64,000 nucleotides of DNA from Candidatus Moraniibacteriota bacterium (GTDB taxonomy: Bacteria > Patescibacteriota > Minisyncoccia > Moranbacterales > UBA1568), in contig CAVURJ010000002.1 of NCBI GenBank assembly GCA_963743885.1, positions 305,706-369,705 of the forward strand. The letters run 5' to 3'. A program made the position numbers and the translations under genes. Shown one piece after another: positions 38,293-47,604 of the stretch; the first letter of the stretch is position 1; every line of letters starts with the position of its first letter. The notes under the pieces are model-generated. The model saw only the letters and a program-made list of their open reading frames with translations. It was not told the origin of the DNA and did not search any database.

Positions 38293-39723
38293 ATGAAGCG
38301 TTCCGAAATATTCTTCAGCGCTATTCAGGTGCCAGTCGATCTCATTGTGATTGTGCTGGCGGCTATTTCTGCGTATTACCTGCGCAGCTGGGAACCTGTC
38401 CGGCCGTTCTTGTCGCCGGTCTTCAATCTTTCTTTCGAGGATTATTTCCGTTTTGCGGCGACGGTCTCGCCGTTTTTCCTGCTCGTCTACGCGATCGAGG
38501 GGCTGTATACCATGCGTGTCACCCGCAGCTTCTGGCGCGAGGTATCGAGCATCTTCCGGGCGACGTCGCTCGGTCTCATTATCCTTATCATCGCGGTCTT
38601 TCTCAAGCGCGAATGGTTTTCTTCGCGTTTCGTCATTCTGGCAGGGTGGGGGTTGGCTGTGGCCTACGTCGTCTTCGCGCGCTATCTCATCCAGCGGGCC
38701 CAGAAGTGGTTCCTGGTGAATCGTGGTATTGGCGTCCATCGTGTCTTGCTCATCGGCTACAACGACAAGATGCGGCTGCTCCGCATGCGCCTCGACCATG
38801 ACAAGACGCTCGGCTACCGTGTGGTCGACCAAATTTCCGACGCCAGTCTGACGCACATCAAGGAGATCCGTCAGATGAAGGGTGTCGATGAGATCGTTGT
38901 GGGCGATCCGTCGCTTACCGATGATGAGCAGGAGAAGCTTTTCGATTTCTGCCAGATCAACAATGTCGCTTACAAATACTATCCGACGACGCTCCAGACG
39001 CAGCGTTTCTCTATGCGCATGTTCCAGGGCGAGCCGATCATCGAGTTCGAGCATACGCCGCTTGATGGCTGGGGCAAGGTGCTCAAGCGTGCCTATGACA
39101 TCGTCGCCGGCTTCGTCCTGACGGTGCTTTTTTCCCCGATCATGCTCGTCATCGCCATCCTCATCAAGCTTGAGGATCCGGATGGTCCGATCATCTACAA
39201 GAACGAGCGTATCGGCGAGAACGGCAAGAAATTCTTCGTCTACAAGTTCCGCTATATGCAGTGGAAGTATTGTGTCACCAAGGACAATCCGAAGATGAAA
39301 GAAGCAATCGCCTTCGAGAAAGAGCTCATCGCGAAGCACAATACCCGTGAAGGTGGTATCCTCTACAAGATCAAGGATGATCCGCGCAAGATGCGGGTCG
39401 GTGCGTTCATCGAGCGTTTCTCACTCGACGAGTTCCCGCAGTTCTTCAATGTCCTGAAGGGGGATATGAGCCTCGTGGGGCCGCGGCCGCACCAGGAGCG
39501 CGAAGTGGAGCTCTACAAAGAGTACCATCGCCGCCTCCTCACCATCAAGCCGGGCGTGACCGGTATGGCGCAGGTCTCCGGCCGCTCCGACCTCGCCTTC
39601 GAGGATGAGTACCGTCTCGACGTTTTCTACATCGAGAACTGGTCGCTTTGGCTTGATATCATCATCTGTTTCAAGACCGCCGGTGCGCTCCTCCGCCGCC
39701 GGAAGAATGGCCATGGGAAGTAG
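38293..39723 (+). CDS. Priming polyprenyl-phosphate glycosylphosphotransferase (WcaJ/WbaP family)
   Basis: N-terminal TMs; KR.YDI, F.VYKFR.M, DDPR, SLDEFPQFFNVLKGDMSLVGPRP, KPGVTG.AQVSGR. Confidence 0.93.
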   Translation: MKRSEIFFSAIQVPVDLIVIVLAAISAYYLRSWEPVRPFLSPVFNLSFEDYFRFAATVSPFFLLVYAIEGLYTMRVTRSFWREVSSIFRATSLGLIILIIAVFLKREWFSSRFVILAGWGLAVAYVVFARYLIQRAQKWFLVNRGIGVHRVLLIGYNDKMRLLRMRLDHDKTLGYRVVDQISDASLTHIKEIRQMKGVDEIVVGDPSLTDDEQEKLFDFCQINNVAYKYYPTTLQTQRFSMRMFQGEPIIEFEHTPLDGWGKVLKRAYDIVAGFVLTVLFSPIMLVIAILIKLEDPDGPIIYKNERIGENGKKFFVYKFRYMQWKYCVTKDNPKMKEAIAFEKELIAKHNTREGGILYKIKDDPRKMRVGAFIERFSLDEFPQFFNVLKGDMSLVGPRPHQEREVELYKEYHRRLLTIKPGVTGMAQVSGRSDLAFEDEYRLDVFYIENWSLWLDIIICFKTAGALLRRRKNGHGK

Positions 39724-39760
39724 GAATGGTATTTAGTATCATGTAGTATGTATTTTGTAT

Positions 39761-39785
39761 GCGGGCCTCAGGGCCCGCTTTTTTT
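39761..39785 (+). terminator. Intrinsic terminator
   Basis: gcgggcc-tcag-ggcccgc followed by T run. Confidence 0.75.
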
Positions 39786-39786
39786 C

Positions 39787-39870
39787 TGTCATTCTGAGCC
39801 CGCCAAAGGCGGGTAGACTCCACGAAGAATCTCGTAGTTATATTGTCATTCCGGACTTGATCCGGAATCT
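39787..39870. repeat. Two REP-like tgtcatt...gaatct units
   Basis: tgtcattctgagc...gaagaatctc and tgtcattccggacttgatccggaatct. Confidence 0.6.
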
Positions 39871-40047
39871 AGGTTTTTAGTGAGTTCAATAATTCAAAAC
39901 GCTTGACAGACCCAGCAAAACACTTCTTTCTAGGTGTATAATAAAAGCAGATACTTTTGTATCTGGTATTTTGTAGTATGTATATTATGTATGATCCAAT
40001 ACCTCTTTGGCTTTAAGAACTTTATAACTTTATAAACTTTCAAGCAT

Positions 40048-40395
40048 ATGTTGCTACTGAAATGGTTAGTCAGCACTCTTGCGTTCCTCGCGCTGCCACA
40101 CATCGTGCCGGGCATTTCAGTCGAGGGTTTCGGGACAGCGCTCGTCCTCGCACTCTTTTGGGGGCTTATGAATATCACGATCAAGCCGATCCTGACAATT
40201 CTCACGCTGCCAATCAATCTTCTTACCTTCGGTATCTTCACCTTCGTCGTCAACGGCTTCCTGCTCTGGCTCCTCGCGGGCATTATCAAGGGCTTCGCCG
40301 TGAAGGGCTTCTGGATCGCCGTCCTGGGTGGCCTGGTCCTCTCCGCCATCCACACGCTGACGCATTGGGCGCTCAGCCATCATCCAAGCGAATGA
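40048..40395 (+). CDS. 4-TM phage-holin-family (YvlD-like) membrane protein
   Basis: AL.LAL..GL.N..IKPIL.ILTLPINLLTFG.F..VVNG. Confidence 0.85.
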   Translation: MLLLKWLVSTLAFLALPHIVPGISVEGFGTALVLALFWGLMNITIKPILTILTLPINLLTFGIFTFVVNGFLLWLLAGIIKGFAVKGFWIAVLGGLVLSAIHTLTHWALSHHPSE

Positions 40396-40405
40396 TAAGC
40401 AAAAC

Positions 40406-40442
40406 AAAGGTGTCAGGCGATTCGTCGCCCGGCACCTTTTTC
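40406..40442 (+). terminator. Intrinsic terminator
   Basis: aaaggtgtcaggcga-ttcg-tcgcccggcaccttttt. Confidence 0.65.
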
Positions 40443-40482
40443 TAAGAGGTCGTAAAAAATAATTAAAATAGCACATAAAATT

Positions 40483-40752
40483 ATGATTATATCTGGATCT
40501 GAAATTGATATAGTTATCACTTCTTTCGCGTATCTGTTTCTTTTGATTGTGGCAATAGCGTGGCTTGTAGTCTGTTTTCGTCGGGATAAACGTTACATCG
40601 GATTGTTGGGTGCCTCTATTCTTCTGAACGTGCTGTCTTTTCTATATTTTCTTGGGAAAACCCCATATTGGATCGGGTATTTTAATCTTTTTATATGGCC
40701 AGTTTTAAATATCGTCTTCGTTCTTAGATATTTTTTGCAGAAAAATAATTAA
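40483..40752 (+). CDS. Small hypothetical membrane protein
   Basis: 89 aa, three hydrophobic helices, 12 bp before the lipase gene. Confidence 0.65.
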   Translation: MIISGSEIDIVITSFAYLFLLIVAIAWLVVCFRRDKRYIGLLGASILLNVLSFLYFLGKTPYWIGYFNLFIWPVLNIVFVLRYFLQKNN

Positions 40753-40764
40753 GATGTTTGAAAT

Positions 40765-43700
40765 ATGCTCAAAAAAATAATTTTTGTAGCATTTATAATG
40801 GTGGTTCTTGTGGGAGCCGTCGTTCCTTTTTCTGTTGATTTTACGCTTCTTTATTCTTCAGCTGATGATGAATATACTGAGATTCTTGAGGATACTGAAT
40901 GGTCTGGCGAGATGACTATCGGTGGTTATGTTTGGATTGATCCAGAAGCTACACTAACCATAAAGAAAGGTTCCGTACTTATAATCAAGGGTGGAACTTT
41001 TTTTGATGTGAATGGGAAGATTTCTTTTGATGGGACAGTTAAGGATCCGGTGGTGATACGGAAAGAATCGTCTGGTTCAAACGAGGGATATTCGATCGCC
41101 GCTAATGGAGCTGGTCGTATAAATATTCGTAATGCTGATATAAGCGGTGGCGGTAGTGCAATAGATGCTGTTCTTGTAAAAAGGAAGCGATCCTTTTTAC
41201 AAACCGTATTTGCGACGATATTTTATTCTGGAGCAATCAGCGTTCATGATAGTGGATCGTTTGTCGCCGAAGGAGTGAATTTTCATGATAATACTGTCGC
41301 TGTCCATGTTGATCGAAATGAGTATTCTTATAATGATGATGTTGTCGTGAATCGGTCTAAGTTTTCGGACAATGTTTATGATGTAGTAAATGTCGATTCG
41401 GCGCAGTTTGATTTTCGATATAACTGGTGGGGTAATGTGTCTGGTCCGGAATCATGTTTGGATTCCGAGGAATGCGGGTCAAGACAGTTTAAAAAAATTA
41501 GAGGGGATGCGAATATCACTGACTGGGCAAAAGAAGAAGATTTCAGAGACCCAGTGATTATTGTACCTGGTATTGTCGGATCTACCATGAAAGATGGGAA
41601 ATTAGAGTTGGATCAAATACTCCATACCTACGATAATCTTTACGCGTCTTTCGTTGCTAATGGTTATCTACAAGAGAAGAATCTTTTTGTCTTTCCATAT
41701 GAATGGCGTGATAGCAATATAGATAACGCAGTGCTTCTTAAGGAAAAAATAGATGAAATAAAGCAATCCATGCATTGGCCAAAAGTTGATATCGTAGCTC
41801 ATTCTATGGGCGGGCTTTTGACAAGACAATATCTCGAGTCTGGTGGGTATCAACAGGATATTGATCAGCTGATAACAATAGGCACTCCGCAGAGGGGCTC
41901 TCCGGCGGCATATTTGACGTGGGGCGGCGGAAAAATCGGCCCGAGTTTTTCTGATATTATTGTGGGGCTTATTTTTGATCAAGAAGCCAGAAAGAATGGG
42001 TACAAGGATATATTTGATTACGTCAGGAATCGGCCCATACTTTCAGTTAAAGAACTTCTACCAGAATATAGCTATCTTCATGATGCGTTAAATAGTGACG
42101 AAACAAGGGTGTACCCATCCAATTATCCGAGAAATGAATTTCTTGAGAATCTCAATGTTTTACAAAATAAAGAACACTTGGATGATGTTGAATTTAGTAA
42201 AATTGTAGGTAATATAAGGGATAATAAAACCATTTCCGGTATACGAACCGTAAATAATGGAAATTATGCCATAGGAGAGCCATGGGAGCACGGATATCCG
42301 ATTGGATTCGAAATACCCGCTGGTGATAGGGGGTTGTTGTTTGGTGATGGAGACGGTACTGTTCCATTGGAATCAGCGAGGTATTTAGATGGAATTTATA
42401 ATATCGAACTTGATTCTAGTCATAGAAGCCTTCCTACGGATGCCCAGAGTGATGTTTTGAGTATTTTAACTGGAACATCGCCGGAAATTATTGTGGATAG
42501 GGGGATAGTGGAAGACATTCTTATCGCTCGTGCTTTTTCTCCTATTGATATCCAGATTATTTCTCCCTCAAAGAAAAGGATTGGTAAGAATTTTGAGACG
42601 GGAGGCGTATATGATGAGATTCCTGGTGCATATTACACCGGATACGATACGAAATCTGAGTTCATTACCATCCCTAATCCAGAAGATGGAGAATACAAGA
42701 TTTTGACTCGGGGGACGGACACTGGAAGCTATCGTATAGAAGTGGCTAAAATTGTTGAGGATGGAGATGGCAGCACGAAGGAGTCCGCAGTGTCATTCGC
42801 CGGAACGGCCGTTTTGGATGCGGAAGAGGAGACAGTCGTGATGGTTGAAGGTGATGAGGTATTTTCTGGCGGGATAAAAGATGAAACCGCTCCGATAACG
42901 ACAGCCTTGCTCTCTGGTACCCAAGGAACGAGCGGCTGGTATACGGGTGAGGTGATGGTGGCGTTCTCGGCTACGGACAATGATGGCGGCAGTGGCATCG
43001 ACAAAACTGAATACTCTCTCGATAACGGAGTAAATTGGATTGCATACGCCGACCCATTTACAATTTCGACCGAGGGCACAACGACCTTCCAATATCGTTC
43101 CATCGACGAAGCCGGTAATCAAGAAGAAGCGAAGACGGAAATCATTAAGATCGATAAAACTAAGCCGATTATCACGGGAACAACTCTTTCAGTGGCCGAT
43201 GCGAACGGATGGAATACTACTGATGTTGAGGTGCGTTTTACCTGTACCGACAGCGGACTGAGCCAGTCCGGTATCGAGACAGACACGGTGGCAGGTGGCA
43301 CTCTGACATCAGAAGGAAAAGGGCAATCATTGACGAATACAGGGGTATGTACTGACAAGGCAGGTAACCAGGCTGCTCCAACAACCGTATCGGGTATTAA
43401 TATCGACAAAGCCTCCCCTGAAGCGAAAATATCCTTCAATCCAACCACGCAGAAGCTTGATATATCAGGAACAGACAATCTTTCAGATGTTTCCGTCATC
43501 ATCCTCGAAAAACAAGAACTGACACCAGCAAACAAGAAAGTAAAGAAGATCAAAGACTGGTTCTCTCGTTGGCACAACAGGCATAAGAAGGACCTCCCAG
43601 ATATGCTTGCTACCATCACAGATCAATCTGGCCGCACTACAGCACTTTCTTTTGAGAAGCGGGAGAACAAAGGCAGTATCTTTGCCCACCTGCTTTCCTT

Positions 43701-43965
43701 GGAGTATGATGGAGGAGAGGAAAAGATCCTGAATGAAGCTTCCCTCGGCTACGCCTGGCATACGGATAAGAGAGGGCGCTACATTGATTTCTCCTCATCT
43801 CTCTCCGTAGAAGATTCCCGCCTCATGTCTACGTATCTTCAGAGGCAGGATAGAACAATCATTCTAGAGCAGGTGAGGCGTCGTCTTCCGAAACTGACAA
43901 GCGAGGAGGGGATGGTGGTGCCGTATATGGAGAGTCAGAAAGGAAGTATTGGTATAAAGCATTAA
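40765..43965 (+). CDS. Large secreted alpha/beta-hydrolase (LCAT/phospholipase A2-like), paralog of 10834-14475
   Basis: Signal/anchor; IVPGIVGS, YEWR, AHSMGG, GTPQRGSP, DGDGTVP; same C-terminal Ig-like region. Confidence 0.82.
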   Translation: MLKKIIFVAFIMVVLVGAVVPFSVDFTLLYSSADDEYTEILEDTEWSGEMTIGGYVWIDPEATLTIKKGSVLIIKGGTFFDVNGKISFDGTVKDPVVIRKESSGSNEGYSIAANGAGRINIRNADISGGGSAIDAVLVKRKRSFLQTVFATIFYSGAISVHDSGSFVAEGVNFHDNTVAVHVDRNEYSYNDDVVVNRSKFSDNVYDVVNVDSAQFDFRYNWWGNVSGPESCLDSEECGSRQFKKIRGDANITDWAKEEDFRDPVIIVPGIVGSTMKDGKLELDQILHTYDNLYASFVANGYLQEKNLFVFPYEWRDSNIDNAVLLKEKIDEIKQSMHWPKVDIVAHSMGGLLTRQYLESGGYQQDIDQLITIGTPQRGSPAAYLTWGGGKIGPSFSDIIVGLIFDQEARKNGYKDIFDYVRNRPILSVKELLPEYSYLHDALNSDETRVYPSNYPRNEFLENLNVLQNKEHLDDVEFSKIVGNIRDNKTISGIRTVNNGNYAIGEPWEHGYPIGFEIPAGDRGLLFGDGDGTVPLESARYLDGIYNIELDSSHRSLPTDAQSDVLSILTGTSPEIIVDRGIVEDILIARAFSPIDIQIISPSKKRIGKNFETGGVYDEIPGAYYTGYDTKSEFITIPNPEDGEYKILTRGTDTGSYRIEVAKIVEDGDGSTKESAVSFAGTAVLDAEEETVVMVEGDEVFSGGIKDETAPITTALLSGTQGTSGWYTGEVMVAFSATDNDGGSGIDKTEYSLDNGVNWIAYADPFTISTEGTTTFQYRSIDEAGNQEEAKTEIIKIDKTKPIITGTTLSVADANGWNTTDVEVRFTCTDSGLSQSGIETDTVAGGTLTSEGKGQSLTNTGVCTDKAGNQAAPTTVSGINIDKASPEAKISFNPTTQKLDISGTDNLSDVSVIILEKQELTPANKKVKKIKDWFSRWHNRHKKDLPDMLATITDQSGRTTALSFEKRENKGSIFAHLLSLEYDGGEEKILNEASLGYAWHTDKRGRYIDFSSSLSVEDSRLMSTYLQRQDRTIILEQVRRRLPKLTSEEGMVVPYMESQKGSIGIKH

Positions 43966-43992
43966 AAGTAAGAAGATTAATTTAAAAAAAGT

Positions 43993-44355
43993 ATGAGAAA
44001 AAATATATTTTTATTAGTGATGTTTGTTTGTGGACTGATTGGTATGGGAATTGATTATTTTAATTTAATAAATTTCCATTTAGGAGATGTGCTGTCGAAT
44101 ATCTCATTTTCTTTGATCGTAACTTCCATCATCATTTTTATTGGAAATGATTTGATGTTCCATTTCTGGCTCAAGTTTTTCTGTTGGTGGTTTGTGATCT
44201 CTGTGGTTTTTATTTTCATTTCTCCTGCGGGTATAGGTGGATTTTTTCCATCCATGTTTACAAAAGAGCTTGTTTCTTTGTGGGTGGGTATAGTCCTCGT
44301 TCTGATGAGCCTTTTCATGATTATTCGAGAATCTTATAAGTCTCGTAAACAGTAG
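43993..44355 (+). CDS. Small four-TM membrane protein (cognate partner of the lipase)
   Basis: 120 aa; F.FWLKF..W..I.V.FI.ISP pattern related to the other cassette genes. Confidence 0.75.
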   Translation: MRKNIFLLVMFVCGLIGMGIDYFNLINFHLGDVLSNISFSLIVTSIIIFIGNDLMFHFWLKFFCWWFVISVVFIFISPAGIGGFFPSMFTKELVSLWVGIVLVLMSLFMIIRESYKSRKQ

Positions 44356-44366
44356 GATGAAAAACC

Positions 44367-44392
44367 AAAACAAGGGCTTAAGTCCTTGTTTT
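44367..44392 (+). terminator. Cassette-boundary hairpin 1
   Basis: aaaacaagggc-ttaa-gtccttgtttt. Confidence 0.7.
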
Positions 44393-44396
44393 TTTA

Positions 44397-45014
44397 TGTA
44401 CCGATAAAGCTGGCAACCAGGCCGTACCAGCGACTGTGTCGGGTATCAACATTGATAAAATCGCTCCAGAAGCCAAAATATCCTTCAATCCAACCACGCA
44501 GAAACTCGATATATCCGGCATGGATAATCTCTCGGATGTTTCCGTTGTTACTATCGACAAGCCCGAGATGAATTCTTCAAACAAGAAGGTGAAGAAAATC
44601 AAGGACTGGTTCTCCGTCTGGCATGGTAGGCACAAGAAGAACCTTCCAGATATGCTTGCTACCATCACAGACCAGGCTGGCCATACTACAGCACTTTCTT
44701 TTGAGAAGCGGGAGAACAAAGTCAGTATCTTTGTCCGCCTGCTTTCCTTGGAGTATGATGGAGGAGAGGAAAAGAGCCTGAAGGATGCTTCTCTCGGTTA
44801 TGCCTGGCATACGGATAAGAGAGGGCGCTACATTGATTTCTTCTCATCTCTCTCCGTAGAAGATTCCCGTCTCATATCCACGTATCTTCAGAGGCAGGAT
44901 AGGACAATCATTTTGGAGCAGGTGAGGCGTCATCTTCCGAAACTAATAAGCGAGGAGGGGATGATGGTGCCGTATATGGAGAGTAATGCAGGAGAGGCGG
45001 AGATAAAGTATTAA
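44397..45014 (+). pseudogene. Orphan 3' stub (618 nt) of a lipase-family gene
   Basis: Same length as and colinear with 43348-43965 (CTDKAGNQA...PYMES); starts right after the hairpin with no RBS or signal peptide. Confidence 0.85.
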
Positions 45015-45044
45015 ATAGAATAAAAAGTTTAAATCAAAAAGAGT

Positions 45045-45456
45045 ATGACAAAAAAATGTGTTTTTGTTGTCACTTGCTTATATTTTGTATGTTGTAGTGC
45101 TCATGGTTATAAGCGCGAATTGTACGGTATCTCATGGCTGGTGCAATATTCGTGAGGATGACCCATTTGGTATGATAATCTTTATTTTCATGCCGTTCCT
45201 TCCGATGTTTTTCCTTTCCCTCATCACTTACAAAATGAAAGAAGAGGCCTTCCAGGCTTGGTTTCGCTTCGCTCTCTGGTTCGTGCCGATTATTATGGTT
45301 ATGATGTATCTCCTGAATGGATCGGGACAAAGTGGAATGGGGATTAGTGGGGCGGTTTCTCGCTCATTCGATTTTCTTGTTATCAGTATCTTCTACGTTA
45401 TTTTTATTGTAGTCTCTCTAATCAGGGTCGCTCTTGCGTACAAGCGGGCAAGGTAG
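45045..45456 (+). CDS. Small four-TM membrane protein, frameshifted in a 5' A7 tract
   Basis: ATG 45045 is out of frame with ORF 45058-45456; core FFLSLITYKMKEEAFQAWFRFALWFVP. Confidence 0.7.
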
Positions 45457-45463
45457 AATTAGG

Positions 45464-45490
45464 AAACCAGGGGATTTCCCCTGGTTTTTT
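45464..45490 (+). terminator. Cassette-boundary hairpin 2
   Basis: aaaccagggga-tt-tcccctggttt followed by T run. Confidence 0.7.
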
Positions 45491-45496
45491 AATAGA

Positions 45497-45685
45497 GTCT
45501 ATCTTGATACAGAGCTCCGTCTCAAGGAAAAATCTAGATTGAAAGCGGAGTATCGGAAACAGAAGAATGAGACAAAGATAACGGAGAAGGATAAGGAAGA
45601 AAAGACAAAGACCGTAATAACAAGGTCGGGTTTGGTGTCTGTCAATGTAGAGACGAAGGCGGGGGATATAATTTGGGGATATTAA
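45497..45685 (+). pseudogene. Orphan divergent 3' stub of a lipase-family gene
   Basis: LDTELRL..KSRLKAEY.KQKNETKITE...GLVSVNVETKAGDIIWGY aligns by eye to the shared C-terminus. Confidence 0.55.
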
Positions 45686-45705
45686 ATAATATTATTGAAA
45701 TTTTT

Positions 45706-46104
45706 ATGTTTAAAAAAATATTTGGAAGCGTAATTCTATCGTCTTGGGTGTATATTTTTTGGGCGCTTTCTTTGAGGAATGATTATCCATCGGCTTGCAT
45801 CCCAATCGGTATTCAGGAATTGACGAATATATGCGAGGCCACAGCACAGTATCTGCTTGTCTTTGTGCCGATGGGTGTATTTTTTGTGATATTAGCTATT
45901 TGGAATAATGAGATATATAAAAAATGGGAGAAGTTCACACTTATATTTTTAGGATTATATTTTATTATATTTTTTGTGCTTACCCCAACGGACGCTCCTG
46001 ATTTTGTTCCTTTTTATAAGGAAACAGTGGCTATTTGGGGAATGATACTGTATGCAGTAATATCTATGGTGCATATAGCGTACCTGAAATTAAAGAAGAT
46101 CTGA
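45706..46104 (+). CDS. Small four-TM membrane protein
   Basis: ATG 45706; Cys pair loop; EIYKKWEKFTL...LTP related to the family core. Confidence 0.7.
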   Translation: MFKKIFGSVILSSWVYIFWALSLRNDYPSACIPIGIQELTNICEATAQYLLVFVPMGVFFVILAIWNNEIYKKWEKFTLIFLGLYFIIFFVLTPTDAPDFVPFYKETVAIWGMILYAVISMVHIAYLKLKKI

Positions 46105-46110
46105 AATTTT

Positions 46111-46138
46111 AAAACAAGGGCACCGCGGCCCTTGTTTT
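46111..46138 (+). terminator. Cassette-boundary hairpin 3
   Basis: aaaacaagggc-accgcg-gcccttgtttt. Confidence 0.7.
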
Positions 46139-46139
46139 G

Positions 46140-46376
46140 GTATATACTGAAAGTAAATCCCACTATATCCCAAGGAAAGATGAGACCTGGATCATGGAGA
46201 AGTCCGAAACATTGAAGGATGACGACCAGGATGAAGAAAATAGGTGTGGCCATGACGAGAACGATAGATGCGGCGATGAGCATGAAGACAATGGTCGGCC
46301 AGTCAGAGTGAAACTTCCTGGTATGGTAATTCCGTATTTGGAGAGTGTTAAAGGGAGTGTGGGGATAAAATACTAA
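46140..46376 (+). pseudogene. Orphan 3' stub of a lipase-family gene
   Basis: Ends GMVIPYLESVKGSVGIKY versus GMVVPYMESQKGSIGIKH in 40765-43965. Confidence 0.75.
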
Positions 46377-46399
46377 ATAATAAAGCTAAATTTAATAAT

Positions 46400-46797
46400 A
46401 TGTCGACAAAAAAAATATACTAGTATTTTTGGGAGTTTTGGTACTAGCTGCTCTTTTTTCTACAGAAGAGTTGCAGTTTTGTTGGTTTATCGGATTAAGG
46501 GAATGCCCTATTCACTTGGATGATTCTCAGGAGTCGCTATTTTTTCCATTTATTGTAATGTTTTTTCTTTCCCTCATCACCTACAAAATGAAAGATGAAG
46601 TCTTTCAAGCTTGGTTTCGTTTCGCTCTTTGGTTTGTGCCGATCATCATGTTTTTCCAGTTCGTCTTCATGAATTCTAGCGGCGGAGGAAGCATCGGAAA
46701 CAATGACTTCGCCATTTTCTTCACCTCGCTTTTCTATATCGCTTTCGTCCTCGTCTCTCTCATCAAGATCGTCCGGGCGTACAAGCGGACGAGATAG
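46400..46797 (+). CDS. Small four-TM membrane protein, frameshifted in a 5' A8 tract
   Basis: ATG 46400 hits TAG after 7 codons; one more A fuses it to ORF 46429-46797; core FFLSLITYKMKDEVFQAWFRFALWFVP. Confidence 0.7.
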
Positions 46798-46803
46798 AAT
46801 CAG

Positions 46804-46829
46804 AAAACAAGGGCTGTGGCCCTTGTTTT
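46804..46829 (+). terminator. Cassette-boundary hairpin 4
   Basis: aaaacaagggc-tgtg-gcccttgtttt. Confidence 0.7.
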
Positions 46830-46983
46830 TTTGTTGGGGAGATAGGCAGGCCGGGCGCTTTTTGGATAGCGAGACCACCAGATGCGGGCTTGATGGATGC
46901 GGGGTTTTGTGATATAATATACGCAATGTTCTTTTTTGGCAGAAACGCTGTTTTTTCGGATTTTCCAGAAGGAGGGTAGGGAA

Positions 46984-47442
46984 ATGGAGGCAGAAATGGA
47001 GAAATGCCGCGTACTCGTGGTTCTGGGCAGCTATGGCGTCTTGCCGTTCAATCAGCTGACCGAAGAAGCGCTGCGTCGTCTCGAACGAGCACTTCAACTC
47101 TGGATGAGCGGGGAATATTCGTATTTGCTCCTCTCTGGTGGCATCGTCGCGGATTGGTCGGAACAGACCAAGTCGGAAGCGGAGCTCATGCAGGAGTGGC
47201 TCCAGAACCGGCTGGTAGCCGATGGCCGCATGATCATTGAGTCGTGCGGCACCAATGAGATCAAGAGCGTCATCCATGCGGTCAGGCTCCTCTGGAAGCG
47301 GGTCATCACTGATGCGGAGATCACGATCATCGGTGAGCTGCCGGGCGCCGTCATGTGCAAGGATACCTTCATTGCCAACGGGTTTGGTCCCGTGCGCTGT
47401 GAATTCGTCGCCGCTGACGAGGATATCGCCGCCTGCGCCTGA
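46984..47442 (+). CDS. YdcF/ElyC/SanA (DUF218)-like protein, short
   Basis: VLVVLG...RLERALQL....LLLSGG...SEAELM...I.E..GTN; RBS upstream. Confidence 0.7.
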   Translation: MEAEMEKCRVLVVLGSYGVLPFNQLTEEALRRLERALQLWMSGEYSYLLLSGGIVADWSEQTKSEAELMQEWLQNRLVADGRMIIESCGTNEIKSVIHAVRLLWKRVITDAEITIIGELPGAVMCKDTFIANGFGPVRCEFVAADEDIAACA

Positions 47443-47604
47443 TCGGAATCAGCGTCACACATCAAGCCCCGTCTTGCACAAGCATCACAGGGCTTTTTTC
47501 TTTGGGAAAATTCCCCGAGTACGAGCGCCTGTAGCACTATTTTTGTGCGGTCGTCATAAAATAGTGATATTGGGGGGGGTGATAGTATGGATTTTTGGGG
47601 AAAA

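Noticed and set aside
40048-40395. Holin-family and baseplate-J-like genes as evidence of a prophage
   Set aside because: Both are isolated among host genes, with no terminase, capsid, integrase or lysin
43993-46829. Cassette array as an integron
   Set aside because: No IntI tyrosine recombinase; boundary hairpins are short, terminator-like and lack attC RYYYAAC/GTTRRRY ends; cassettes begin with gene stubs
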